Notes under the pieces: generated by a model
Databases searched by the model: none
Seen by the model: the letters and a program-made list of their open reading frames with translations, nothing else
Told to the model about the DNA's origin: nothing
Shown here: positions 48,856 through 61,234 of the stretch, in pieces
How positions within the stretch are numbered: position 1 is the stretch's first letter
How the letters are laid out: every line of letters begins with the position of its first letter
Assembly: GCF_003918875.1 (NCBI RefSeq)
Contig: NW_025765159.1
Span: forward strand, 1,984,001-2,048,000
Origin: Haliotis rubra
Taxonomy: Eukaryota
DNA: 64,000 nt
Reading direction: 5' to 3'
Program-made: the position numbers and the translations under genes

Positions 48856-51800
48856 TAAAGAATAAATAGAAGTTGTTTTCTCCATAAAACTATTCGTAGA
48901 TGTATTCGTAACTTCCCATGCGTAATTTCACAGAGTGAACCATGGGTTTGAATTCATTGCTAACATTTTGTGTGAACTATTCATACTCTTTGTTCTTGGG
49001 ATGAGAATGTGAATGCTCATGAGGATTGATTGTTTTCAATTATTATAACATTTTTTAAATGTTTAATCCTACACGAGACAAACGTTGAACGGAACATTAA
49101 CGAAAACTCATTAGCGTTCTGATCCTGAACAAACTACAAGTTTCAGTAATCTATCGCTCACAGTTAAACATCACAAGTATCTTTTTAACTTCCACACTTG
49201 GAAACAAAATACTTAATAAAAACTTTTTAAAAAATGACCTTTTTTTAAAAAATATCAATGGTTATTTTTTAGTTTCACAAAACTAAAAAAATACCCCCAA
49301 AACAACGAGACTTCGTTTTTGTTGCTAATGCATGCGCTTTCTCAATTTCTAAAATCAAAGTTTAGAAAAAGGAAACAGACACATTTCCGCAGAGAAAGCG
49401 ACACATTTCAAATTGGATGTTTGCTTTAGGAAAAAGCTAAGTCCATAAAATGAAACCGTTAATCACTAATTAGTTAATTGCTCTCGGAGTCTAGCACCTA
49501 TGACCCGTTTGGTTGCCTCATACGTCGGATCAGATTATGGCGCTAGCAGTCAGTGCATTTAATGTAAACAAAATGTGTGGATAGCATGGTTTGTCTGTTG
49601 TAAACCGCGGAAGTGTCTGTATCGTGAATAAGTAATGAGAGAATCTCTGTTAGCCATGCCAGGCTTTGTGAAGCGGCCATCGTCTCTTCAATCAACGTGT
49701 CGGCCTTGTAAGAAACTTGGACGGCAATATGGCGTGAAGCAAGTGCGGTATAATCCTGATTCGTCATTCCGCCATTGCGCTGGTGATATCTCGCCTTTAT
49801 GATCGACAACTGAAGAATAATGTCATTCTTTCGGTGTATGTAGCTCATAAAGTGGTCGTTATTACCCGGCAGCTGTTGGAACAGTGCTATCTTTAACTGA
49901 AGGGTTGAAGTCTCTTGGGTGTCATTGGACCTCTCCGCCATTCATAAACCTGTGTACTTGACGCATCTCGGTCGATTACCAACTGTCGCATGCATTAAAT
50001 ATTCATACCAAGGGAAGCAACTGGTGTATATCGATAAACGTCGAGAGGGCTGTTGATGGATTAACATATTCTAACATCCTCACACGCGACCACAGAGAAG
50101 GTTTTTTAATCAGCACCATCGGTCACGTGAGCAGATCGATATTTGCAATACAGCGCCACGTCCCGCCCCCTGCGGTTCATCTGTCGAAGTGTTCAAGTGA
50201 TGGTTTTGAAAGGATAGGCGAGCGCGTGGCAACAGGTCCCTACGTTCAAGCATCTGTCATTTCCTAACGGTGTGCGGGTAGAGGGTGGGTGGGGTACGAT
50301 AGGAACTTCTGGGAGGATTAGACATGGTGGTGAAATGCAATACCACATTATTTGCAGATCAATCCATGTTCATCATATTAAAAGACATATTGAATTTGAA
50401 TGCATTTTTTAAACATTTTCATTTTTGGTTCGTAACACCATGTGGTCGAAATATTTCATATGGAGATCGGTGATTTGGTTTACAAAGGAATATTTTGATG
50501 CTAATATTTTTCTTTGTAATGTTGAACTGATTATATTTGCATCGACGTTCGTGGGACTGATTTATATGCTTTTTCATTCGGCGGTGGTGCGGTCCTGAGC
50601 ACTGACGTCCTCTCATGGCTGTCGTTATGAAGTTTCACACTACACGAGACTTCCATACACCCGAGTCGGATGTAGCAATGCCTATTCTAATAACCGCCCA
50701 ATAATTAAAACAAACATTGAAACTTCCGCAGACAAGTGGTTGTTCCTGAAACAAATCCCCAAAGAACAAGATAATTGTCACGATAGATATGTCATCATTT
50801 CCACCATCGTGGGTTGGCAGATGTGTTTCATTTGATCTGTGAGGAAGTGGTGTAACAAAGTTCTGACCACTGAGATTTGTTCCGGGATCTGTGGTGGTGG
50901 TGGTGGTTGTGTGTGTGTTGAGGGTCGCGCAGTGGAGGGGGTGGGTCATTGTGGAAGGGGTACTTTGTGGTGGTAGGAAGTAACTGAGTTAATACTTTCC
51001 ATGACTGTTAAAAATAACCCACGTTTTTCTTTCCGAAAGGGTAGGATATTTTTGCTTCATACAACTCGTTGTCTTGTCATGCTTGGAGCGTGGGTAATGA
51101 AGTAGAATATAGGCAGGCATGCTCATTTATTTATTCATTAACAGCCAGACCAAATAAAGTATTCACTTGAAAACTGGGTTTTACCAAAGGTATTCCAAAC
51201 GTTTCTAGACAGAAAACACTGGAACCTTCAAGTCTAAGTTGTAAACAGTTAAAGTGACACCAGAATATTTCACTTGAACACATTAGATTTAGGAAGTTGG
51301 ATTCAAGTAGGTCACTGGATCCACCCATATAACGAGTTCTAAGTGGAGTTCGAGAAACCGTGTAAGCTTTTGGTAGGTGCATTGTCAAGTCACATCGAAC
51401 TAATTTGGTTTTGGATATCGTTATTTAACTGTTCACTTTAATACTGCAGTGAAATCAATGCAGTTCATAAACCGCAGGGCAAAGAAAGTATCCATCCAGG
51501 CTTGATGCTGGACAGAATAGAACAACAAAAATGAGACATTTGATGCTTATGTCTTTTATACTATTGAGTTTTCAGACAAGTAACTTTTTGATTTGTGCAT
51601 ATTTTGTCAAATCCAATGTTCAAGTGCGCATGATTTGTAGAGACAAAGCTTCAGTCACTGAAAATATGTATATTTGATAGAAACAAATAACAAAACTTAT
51701 ACTGAAAAGAAGCATCATTGAGATAGGAGATTCTGAACCTGAGAAAATTCTAAACTTGTTTCTTTTAGGGCTTTAAAGTCAGGGGCTGATTGGAAGGTCT

Positions 51801-52448
51801 AATATACAGTTCCGAGACTTCGAGACAGACTGGGGGAACCTTACAATATGGCCTCTAAGATTTCATATTTCTAATTGTTGGTTGTTGGTCAACGCTTTCC
51901 AGAAGAGACACTAAATTGAATCAATATGTGACACATATTCAAGAAACCTTAGTCACTGGTCGCGTAAAGCTAACGTGACGATACCGGGTGTTGGCGACCG
52001 GAAGTGCATGTCTATTCATTTTGGGCATATTTTGTAATAAACTATGCATGTAAAAAATCTCTCCCTCCCATCAGCCTTGAAATCAAATAGATGGTCCCTT
52101 TTATTATAGTTCATAGTAGTATTGTCCCAATGCATTCGGTTTAAAATGAGACTTCCAAGCCAGGCCAATTTAGTCTAAGTTGAATTCTTCCAGTGGAGGT
52201 AGGTGTGAAGAAAACCTACCTGCCTTCTTGTGGTGATTGTGGCCTGTTGTTTCAGGGTGAAGATTTGCAAAAACACAGAAGAAACCATACTACTGTTCAT
52301 GGGTACAATTTAGGAACCGTTTTTTCTGCATAATATGTTCATTTAAGACACTAGATGTTAGTCTATATGGCAGTCTTGTTTCTAAGAACGTGTTATCTGT
52401 TTACAAAAGGATTCGAGCTTTGTCACAGCCTCTGTACTTTGGGATTGA

Positions 52449-52614
52449 CTGACTGACTGAGTTTTGTTTTACGCCGCTTTTAGCAATATTCCAGCAACAT
52501 CACGGCGGGGGACACCAGAAATGGGCTTTACACATTGTACCCATGTGGGGATTCGAACCCGGGTCTTCGGTGTGACAAGCCAACGCTTTAACCACTAGGC
52601 TACCCCACCGTCCC
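52449..52614 (-). mobile_element. Young SINE family A copy
   Basis: Exact 13-bp TSD ACTTTGGGATTGA; (AGTC)n tail. Confidence 0.92.
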
Positions 52615-53093
52615 ACTTTGGGATTGAAGTAATTGAAATACTTTAAACACGTTGGTGTAGATGATTAGGAATGTACATGCTCCACCGTGTAACTAACGTG
52701 AGCGTTTAAATATGTATTGATTTCAGTGCCTATATTTGGGATGTTCAAAGTGGACAGCGACTCCCATTAAAGTTGGGCGGTGCGTAGCCTAGTGGTTAAA
52801 GCGTTCACTCGCCACGACGAGGACCCGGGTTCGATGTCCCACATGGATACAATGTATAAAGCCCATTTCTGGTATCCCCCACCCTCATGTTGCTACATAT
52901 TGCTAAAAGCGAAGAAAAACCACACTCACTCACTCACTCCAGTAAGGTTGATTCTGAGACCGGAATGTTATGACGCCGGTCTGTTTATAACAGGCGTTTC
53001 ATGACAAGAAGCATAGACTAATACCAGCTGTACATACAGCCAGTCAGATATTTCAACACAACGTTTTACAACTTTATTAAACAAATCTTTAGA

Positions 53094-53250
53094 CTGACTG
53101 ACTGAGTTTGGTTTTTTACGCCGCTTTTAGCAACATCACGGCGGGGGACACCAGAAATGGGCTTCACACATTGTACCCATGTGGGGATTCGAACCCGGGT
53201 CTTCGGCGTGACGAGCCAACGCTTTAACCACTAGGATACCCCACCGCCCC
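53094..53250 (-). mobile_element. Young SINE family A copy
   Basis: Exact 13-bp TSD ACAAATCTTTAGA; (AGTC)n tail. Confidence 0.92.
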
Positions 53251-53499
53251 ACAAATCTTTAGAAGAATTGTGCATGTCAGAAAGCAATTTTTTTATTTCA
53301 TTTCCGCTGACCATGTTTCAATTTTAGATTGATTTTAGCAATTTGTTAAAATGATTTCTGACTGCACTAAACATTATCATTCCGCTGTGTGTGAAATGTA
53401 CAAGCCATTTTAGATTTATTAACATTTATGGATAAAGGCATATTGGGCTAGCATTGTGTTGATGCTATTTACATTTGAAGCTGTTCCTACAGAGTAATT

Positions 53500-53659
53500 G
53501 GGTGCGGTGGGATGGCCTAGTGGTTAAAGCGTTCACTCGTCACGCTGAAGACCTGGGTTCGATTCCCCACATGGGTACAATGTGTGAAGCCCATTTCTGG
53601 TGTCCCCCGCCGTGATGTTGCTGGAATATTGTTAAAAGCGGCGTAAAACTAAACTCACT
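53500..53659 (+). mobile_element. SINE family A copy
   Basis: Near-consensus match. Confidence 0.88.
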
Positions 53660-53785
53660 ACAAGGTAATTATGCTAATGAGGAATCCAAATGCTTATAAG
53701 AAAACAGAGACTCCGGTAAAGAGTCAGTCTGGCACAAAGTAAGACCTTGCTGTAATGATGCTGGTCATTGCAGAGCACAAGTTCA

Positions 53786-54149
53786 GAGGTGAGGTGAGGT
53801 GAGGTGAAATTGGGTTTAACGTCGTACTTGAGAATATTTCGCTCATATGACGACGTGCATGCGTGTATATGTGTATGTGCGGCTGCTTGTACTAGCCCAG
53901 ACTGAAGCTGGTTTTATAGTGCTAGCCCACTGAGACACCATGCCGCAGTGAAGCATGAATACCCCACTCAGACACATTATACTGACTCCGAGCCGACCAG
54001 TCCTTGTTGTACCCATTAATGCTGAGCGCCAGGCAGGGACCAACAAGTACCATATTTTAACGTCTTTTGGTATGACGCGGTCGGGGATCGAACCCGCAAC
54101 CTTCCGCTCTCCGGGCGGAAGCTCTAACCACTACACCACGGAGGCGGTC
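53786..54149 (-). mobile_element. SINE family C copy
   Basis: Reverse complement of 14389-14744; (CCTCA)n tail. Confidence 0.9.
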
Positions 54150-54648
54150 CTGCTGTAAGAATGTCACCCTGCCCCGACTGTGTTGATCGTTGCTTATGTT
54201 TTCAGTTACTGGTTTGTCTGGCCTAGCTTCACATATATCAAATGTGCATAACTGTTGAGTGCGGCGCAAAACAACATTTCCCTTTCAATACATTTCAGGA
54301 ACACAGAAACAAATTCGGAAAGCTGTCTTTGAAACATCCGCCTACCAAAAATCAACAACCTATCGATTATCTCCCCTGGAGACAGGGCCTCATGGCGTCC
54401 TGCCTATGTCCCATACTAGCCGAAGTTGACACTTCAATCAGTCAACATGTCCGGACTCACAGAGTTTCCGATCATCATTAACAGTTTACCCATTATTTCC
54501 TCAATTTCCCTGCTCATTTCACTAATTAGACAATATTTTCTAATTTCATTTGATAGAGTCAATAAACAGGGACGATGACACGCCTGATATGAACGCGGCT
54601 CAATGATAGCGTAGCTCGCAGAGTGCACCTGGCAAGTCTCCCGGCTGG

Positions 54649-54666
54649 CGAGGTCACGTGACCTCG
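54649..54666. promoter_or_regulatory. 18-bp perfect palindrome with CLEAR/E-box core in a CpG-rich patch
   Basis: CGAGGTCACGTGACCTCG contains GTCACGTGAC; function is inferred only. Confidence 0.4.
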
Positions 54667-56575
54667 TCGCGGCACTCCGCGAGGGTTTGTCATGTCCGGT
54701 TGTCGCTGGGATCCTGCTGTGGTAAATGGCTGGTTTGTGATGATAGCTAGAAGTTACACCCGCAGTCTCGTTGAGAGAATGGCAATATTTGCTATGCGGG
54801 GAAAGGTCTAGCGGCCATTATGTCATTCAGTTGGCAAACAGACTTGAATTGAGACGTCGTACACGTGGAGTCTCCCACGCTGGAAGGTTGACAGGGAACT
54901 GTTTCGCGACCGCCCGAGCTTGTAATCTTTTTTCTTGCTTTGGAAAATGGGTGATTATCTAGCTTTTGTGAGATTACGAAGAATCACACTTAAGAATGTG
55001 TGTTAAGAATCTGATGATATTAATTATCTAATTACCGTGATGCTAGGGTAATACCTTTGCATCGATTCCCGATCTGGTTACCGACCTCTTTAACACCACA
55101 AAACTGAATAAAGGATTGTTTCTATGATACGCCTTTGGCATCATTAAAAAAACACAAGCGTTTTTGTACACCTTGTTTTACTACAACCTATTTCCGTGGA
55201 CAGTGTGTTTTATTTATTACAAGTTTACAGTCATTGGGTATTCAAGTAAAAGACAAAATATTATGGATGTCAACTTCTTCTTTATTGTACACACAACGTT
55301 TCTGGGATTTTTTCTTGCCCCTTCGTCAGGTGACAGTCTTATACTTGAATACCAACTTCTATATCCCGCTCACGAACTTCAGTAATATATAAGTTTAAAA
55401 GCAAAAGAAAACGTCTTTTTTAATTGATTTGTGTAGTAAGCGGATATAACAGGACATGCAAGTTGTCAAAAGCACACAATCCTTTGTACAGAATTGCGCC
55501 CCTTAGCCGTGCCTGGATCCGCAGATCACGGAAACCAGACTCGCTTGACTATAATCAGGGTGACTGTACAAAGTCTCTAAAAAGACTCTCTACTATAATC
55601 CTTTCACTTGATATTTACTAAACGTGAACGATCTGTGTTTTGAGACTATGAATCTCGACTTTCAGTTTGTTCGAATCTCAGGTGTGGGCCTCATTATGAA
55701 TATATGTTTGTCAGGTCCTGTTCCTTTATGAAAGGTTTCACCAAGATGATTAAAAAAGTCAAAGACCGGCATCCTCAAACAATAAAACTTCATACCATCA
55801 TAAACTGACATAAAAAAGAAAGAACACACCTGGTGTTTTGGGATTATTTGAAAAGTGTTGTGATTTTGACTGGCAAATTCGCAATTGGGAACGATATCTG
55901 TGGTGTTTTGGCAACATATTAGGAAAGTTTGTGACTTATATATCACTGTAAACACTCTTTTCAAAACATTTACATCGCTTTTTGGAAAGTAATCCAAAAG
56001 CACCAGGTGTGTACTTTCTTTTGTGCGTCTATTTATAACTGAAATACTGTTCAATGATGTGATGTTAAACCAAATTACCAAATCACTCAACAAATCTGTA
56101 GTCCAAATTACAAAGGTCCTCAAAATGTCTCCCCGACCGCGTCATCGCCGAAATACTGCAAACCTAACGTCCAAAACACATGTGAACTACAATGACCGTA
56201 TCAAATACATTTCCATTTCTTGGTCGATACATTTTTAGCCACCAAAAAACTTGGGCGTAAACTTTTTTCGCAGAGTATATTAAGAATAAAAGGGACGAGA
56301 CCCATTTCACATCCATAAGTTTTTCCGATTCCGACTGTAACATACATAACTATCAAATAGTGATGAGACAAGAAGTTTACAAGAAGATGAGCGTATCCTG
56401 CCTCAACGGTGGTATTCGTCATAAATACACTCAAAGGCTAGTCAATTGTTTACCAGAAAAAATAAAATGGACGAGAACGTATGGTGCAACTCATAATGGA
56501 GAACTGCATTGGTAATGTCCTCATCTTGTAGACCGTAAAACCTTTGAGAGCTTTATTGTGGTCTTAAATGCTGTA

Positions 56576-56936
56576 GACCGCCTCCGTGGTGTAGTGGTTA
56601 GAGCGTCCGCCCGGAGAGCGGAAGGTCGCGGGTTCGATCCCCGACCGCGTCATACCAAAAGACGTTAAAATATGGTACTTGTTGGTCCCTGCCTGGCGCT
56701 CGGCATTAATGGGTACAACAAGGACTGGTCGGCTCGGAGTCAGTATAGTGTGTCTGAGTGGGGTATTCATGCTTCACTGCGGCATGGTATCTCAGTGGGC
56801 TAGCACTATAAAACCAGCTTAAGTCTGGGCTAGTACAAGCAGCCGCACATACACATACACACGCATGCACGTCGTCATATGGGCGAAATGTTCTCAAGCA
56901 CGACGTAAAACCCAATTTCACCTCACCTCACCTCAC
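56576..56936 (+). mobile_element. SINE family C copy
   Basis: Exact 13-bp TSD CTTAAATGCTGTA. Confidence 0.92.
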
Positions 56937-57208
56937 CTTAAATGCTGTAACCTTGATCGGACAACCTCTAAGCAAGAGTCGTATGACGCTCTTTGAAATC
57001 TCGATAGATAGAGCATTTTCGATTGTACATCAAAAGTTGTGAAATGTAAACACCAAAAGCAGGAGCTGTTGAAATATTGCTCGACATAAAGGGACAGTTG
57101 ACTTTCTAAAAGTTGAAGTCATCCCTGTTGTCATACAGCATTGTGGAGAGTTTTATGTCATACTGAATCTTGAACACGGGCCTCTTGTATGTAACTTCAC
57201 GTGGATGA

Positions 57209-57566
57209 GGTGAGGTGAGGTGAAATTGGGTTTTACGTCGTGCTTGAGAATATTTCGCTCATATGACGACGTGCATGCATGTGTATGTGTATGTGCGGCT
57301 GCTTGTACTAACCCAGACTTAAGCTGGTTTTATAGTGCTAGCCCACTGAGACACCATGCCGCAGTGAAGCATGAATACCCCACTCCGACACATTATACTG
57401 ACTACGAGCCGACCAGTCCTTGTTGTACCCCTTAATGATGAGCGCCAGGCAGGGACCAACAAATACCATATTTTAACGTCTTTTTGGTATGACGCGGTCG
57501 GGGATCGAACCCGCGACCTTCCGCTCTCCGGGCGGACGCTCTAACCACTACACCACGGAGGCGGTC
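57209..57566 (-). mobile_element. SINE family C copy
   Basis: Exact 12-bp TSD TCACGTGGATGA. Confidence 0.92.
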
Positions 57567-59844
57567 TCACGTGGATGACAGGAATCGGATGTTTGATTGT
57601 TTTTGAACGGTAACAAATCACCGATATATATGAAGTGTAAGTTTAATTTCTTGGCCAAAATCGTTTTTATTTTGCCAACCCGACCAGAAATTCTGCTGCC
57701 TGCACATTCTGATCAGGACCCACAACTTGTTATGGTTCTGGGTCCTTAGGGCCTGCAGCTTTTCGTGGTTAAGGGAAAACACTGGGACCATTCGATTCAG
57801 GTGAACTGAAACATGTACAATATACACTGCATGGATGAAACCCCGTTAAACCTACCTTAGTATAGAGCTCCTATATGTTGTGTAACAGAAACCACACTTA
57901 CACCAGTAGGCCACCGAGAAGCCAATATACAAACACATGTACAATTGAGGTCAAAATGGCTGCATTTCCATCGGCTTGTGTGCATGTTGATGAATATATT
58001 CGTTACAAATTGTATTTCTGAAAAATTTCTAAAAATATGTAGTCGATCATGTTGTGGTGGGTTAAAATCTTTCTTTCAAAATTACTTTAACCCCACACCC
58101 TAAAAATATCTTTTCGTTTTATATCGTGTCGGTATGGTTTTATACGAAACCAGATTTATGGCGGTATGTTGTCAGATAATGACACGCTGCAGAGCTCCAT
58201 CTAGCGGTCGACTGTCCTGTAACTTGTTTATGATGATGGCGTGTAAAAGAAAGCTGTCAACGTTTGTAAGTTCAACACGTCATGAAAACAGAATCAGATA
58301 AAAAGCCGCACAGCGGATCTCCTTCATGTTAGACCAACACCTCCCTGGACTGCTTTTTGCCACTGCGGAATAATTTGATTCGGTATAACAAAAAATAGTT
58401 CCGACTTTTGATGGCTTGGTTATCATAAAGTATTGTTGGTCACAGGTTGTAGAAAGTATACATTTTTAAATAAACGATGAATGACAACGTTTATCATTTT
58501 TTTCAGAATTAGCGGGTTTTCAGACATTTTCTCACGCGAACGATTCAACATATTTAATGTGAATATATCAGCCTCAGCGAATCAATGGCGGTCTTCGACA
58601 GGATCACTTCGTTGTGTTTCGATCGCGTATGTCAAAACTTGATTAGGGTGTGTGTTTAAACTGGAATCTTATCTTGTCGTTGGTGTGACTCTGGCACCAC
58701 TGTTGCCAGGCAACGATTTGCTGTTAATTGTTTTGTAGAGTGTACATCTGCGGTACAGTTAGGTGGCCCCTACTACACGGTCGGGTGCCCCTGTCTAGAC
58801 GTGTTTATGTCGTGTGATGTTGAGTCTCCGTCTATACAATTAGGATAACCAGATTCAACAAGATCATAAAACTTCATTTAGCAGACGAGTAAAGTGTTCT
58901 TGGAACTAAACTGTGGAATTGCACTTCGTGTTGACCTTTACCCTTTATTGGAAACAGTTTCCCTTGCAGAGGACACGTAGTTCGCTGTTGTCTAAGACGT
59001 TAGAATTCGCTGTGCAAAGGTGGGCTCCTTAGGCGTGGTAGAGCCTTCCTTAGGCGTGGTAGAAGCCTATGGTCGTATCTTCAAATTCCGGAGGACGATG
59101 GGGTAGCCTAGTGGTTAAAGTGTTCACTGGTCACGCCGAGGACCCGGGTTCGAGTCCCCATATGGTTACAACGTGTGACTCCTATTTCTAATGTTCCTTA
59201 CCGCGATTTTGCTGGAATGCTGCTAAAAGCTGTAAAACTGTCCTCAACTGTCCTGAATATTTTTTCGTGGGTTGCAACAAAATGGTAAACGTATTAGGCC
59301 TGCATCATTCGGCTTTTACCCAATCTGACAGTCTATATATAAGAGAATATATAATACGGTAAACCCGACTCACTCACTCACACACTGTTCCTCCTTGTGT
59401 AAAATGCCAATGACATATGCACTCTTTGAATGAAAAATATTTGAAATATTAAGACTTATTCCCTGAGATTTTGACTTAAAGAAAAACCAGAAAACCGATT
59501 TATCAAATTGTGTCCATTAGTTTACCTAAGAACAGGTTGTTAGTAAGTCATGTCTGCACGTCATATCTTCTTTTTCCAGCAATATGAATGAGTGAATATG
59601 GGTTTTCGGTGTTTTTAGCAATCTTCCAGCAATATCACGGCGGGACACACCAGAAATGGTCCCAATGTGGGAAATCGAACCTGGGTCTTCGAGGTGAACG
59701 CTTTAACCCCCAGGCTACCCTACCATCCCTCCAGCGCTGCAGTGGTCTGAAGTACCTGTCTCCTACGTCAGGCTGACGTTATGTGATGTTACGGAAGACG
59801 TACTGATCAGAGCGGCGTTAATCCGAACTCTAATCATCATCATA

Positions 59845-60114
59845 GAGTGAGTGAGTGCGTGTAGTTTTACGCCGCACTCAGCAATATTCCAGCTATATGT
59901 CGGCGGTCTGTAAATAATCGAGTCTGGAACAGACAATCCAGTGATCAACAGCATGAACATCGATTTGCGCAATTGAGAACCGATGACATATGTCAACCAA
60001 GTCAGCGAGCCTGACAACCTGAACCCGTTAGTCGCCTCTTACGACAAGCATAGTCGCCTTTTGTGGCAGGCATAGGTTGCTGAAGACCTATTCTACCCCA
60101 GATCTTCACGGGTC
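59845..60114 (-). mobile_element. Full-length family B copy with duplicated hairpin module
   Basis: Extra TGCCTGCCACAAAAGGCGACTA before TGCTTGTCGTAAGAGGCGACTA. Confidence 0.88.
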
Positions 60115-60250
60115 TCAAGTGATGAGAGACAGATCAGTTTGAGCATGCACATATCAATCAAATGTCAGTTGGGAAAGAGACATTTCAGATACCCCGGATC
60201 TTCAAACAAGTGATATGCCTCAAACAAGTGGGCGAACCTCACCACTTGAT

Positions 60251-60491
60251 ACCCGTGAAGGTCCGGGTTAGAATATCGATGTTCCGTAACTCATGCTTGT
60301 CGTAAGAGGCGACTAACGGGATCGGGTAATCAGGCTCGCTGACTTGGTTGACACAGGTCATCGGTTCCCAATTGCGCAGATCGATGCCCATGCTGTTGAT
60401 CACTGGATTGTCTGGTCCAGACCCGATTATTTACAGACCGCTGCCATATAGCTGGAATATGCTGAGTGCGGCGTAAAACTAAACTCACTCA
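60251..60491 (+). mobile_element. Full-length family B copy inserted in an older antiparallel family B copy
   Basis: 13-bp TSD CTCACCACTTGAT. Confidence 0.9.
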
Positions 60492-60808
60492 CTCACCACT
60501 TGATCCCGCCAGTCGCCTCATTTGACAAACACGGGCTGCTGAAGATCACCTCTAACCCTGATCCGGGCAAAACAATGGCTGGGTAATAGCCATTCATAGG
60601 TCTTCAATGTGGCTGTTATGGTGGCCATTATGAAAATCGAATTCGACCTTCTTGAACAGATTGAAGTGTCGTTATCGGTGGGAAATAGACATGTGAAGCG
60701 GCAGCTTAACCGGTCCAGTGGTTTCTGAGATGTTTAAAATGGATTAGGGTCAAACCAGGAAGTAAATATACACCGTGTCTCTGTGATTCCTTAAAATTCG
60801 GAAAAGAG

Positions 60809-61234
60809 TTTTTTGTCCCCCGCCGCAACGCGGAACTGGGGACTATGTATTCAGCAGCGTCCGTGTGTCCGTCCGTACTTGTTAACGCCATATCTCATGC
60901 ACTGTTGTACCCAATGTCTTCAAATTTGGTGACAGCCTACATTGGGGGACTACGCTGACACCAGTCGATTAGGGTGACCTTGATATTATTTTCAAGGTCA
61001 CCACGACACTTTGACCACTTTTCAAACTCATGTAAAAAACACGATATCTCATAAAACATTGCACCCAGTGTCTTCAAGTATGTTGACAGCCTACATTGGG
61101 TGATTATGCAGACACCAGTCATTTCAGGCATCTTGTATGTGACCAAAAAATAAAAAAGTAGTAAATATATTATAAATATTTCATTCTTCTTTAGTGGCCG
61201 GGGACATTGCCATATTTGTGGCAAACACTTGTTT
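60809..61234 (+). mobile_element. HINE/DINE-like element
   Basis: Sub-TIRs TGTCCCC / GGGGACA, GTCC microsatellite, ~1.5 internal repeats, 3' hairpin TTGCCATATTTGTGGCAA, T-rich flanks. Confidence 0.7.

Noticed and set aside
55662-56123. 153-aa minus-strand ORF
   Set aside because: Non-ATG start, AT-rich, overlaps an inverted repeat (~55824 / ~56012), no recognisable motif.
58355-58378. Resemblance to miR-96-family mature sequence
   Set aside because: Seed mismatch (TTGCCAC versus TTGGCAC) and no convincing hairpin.
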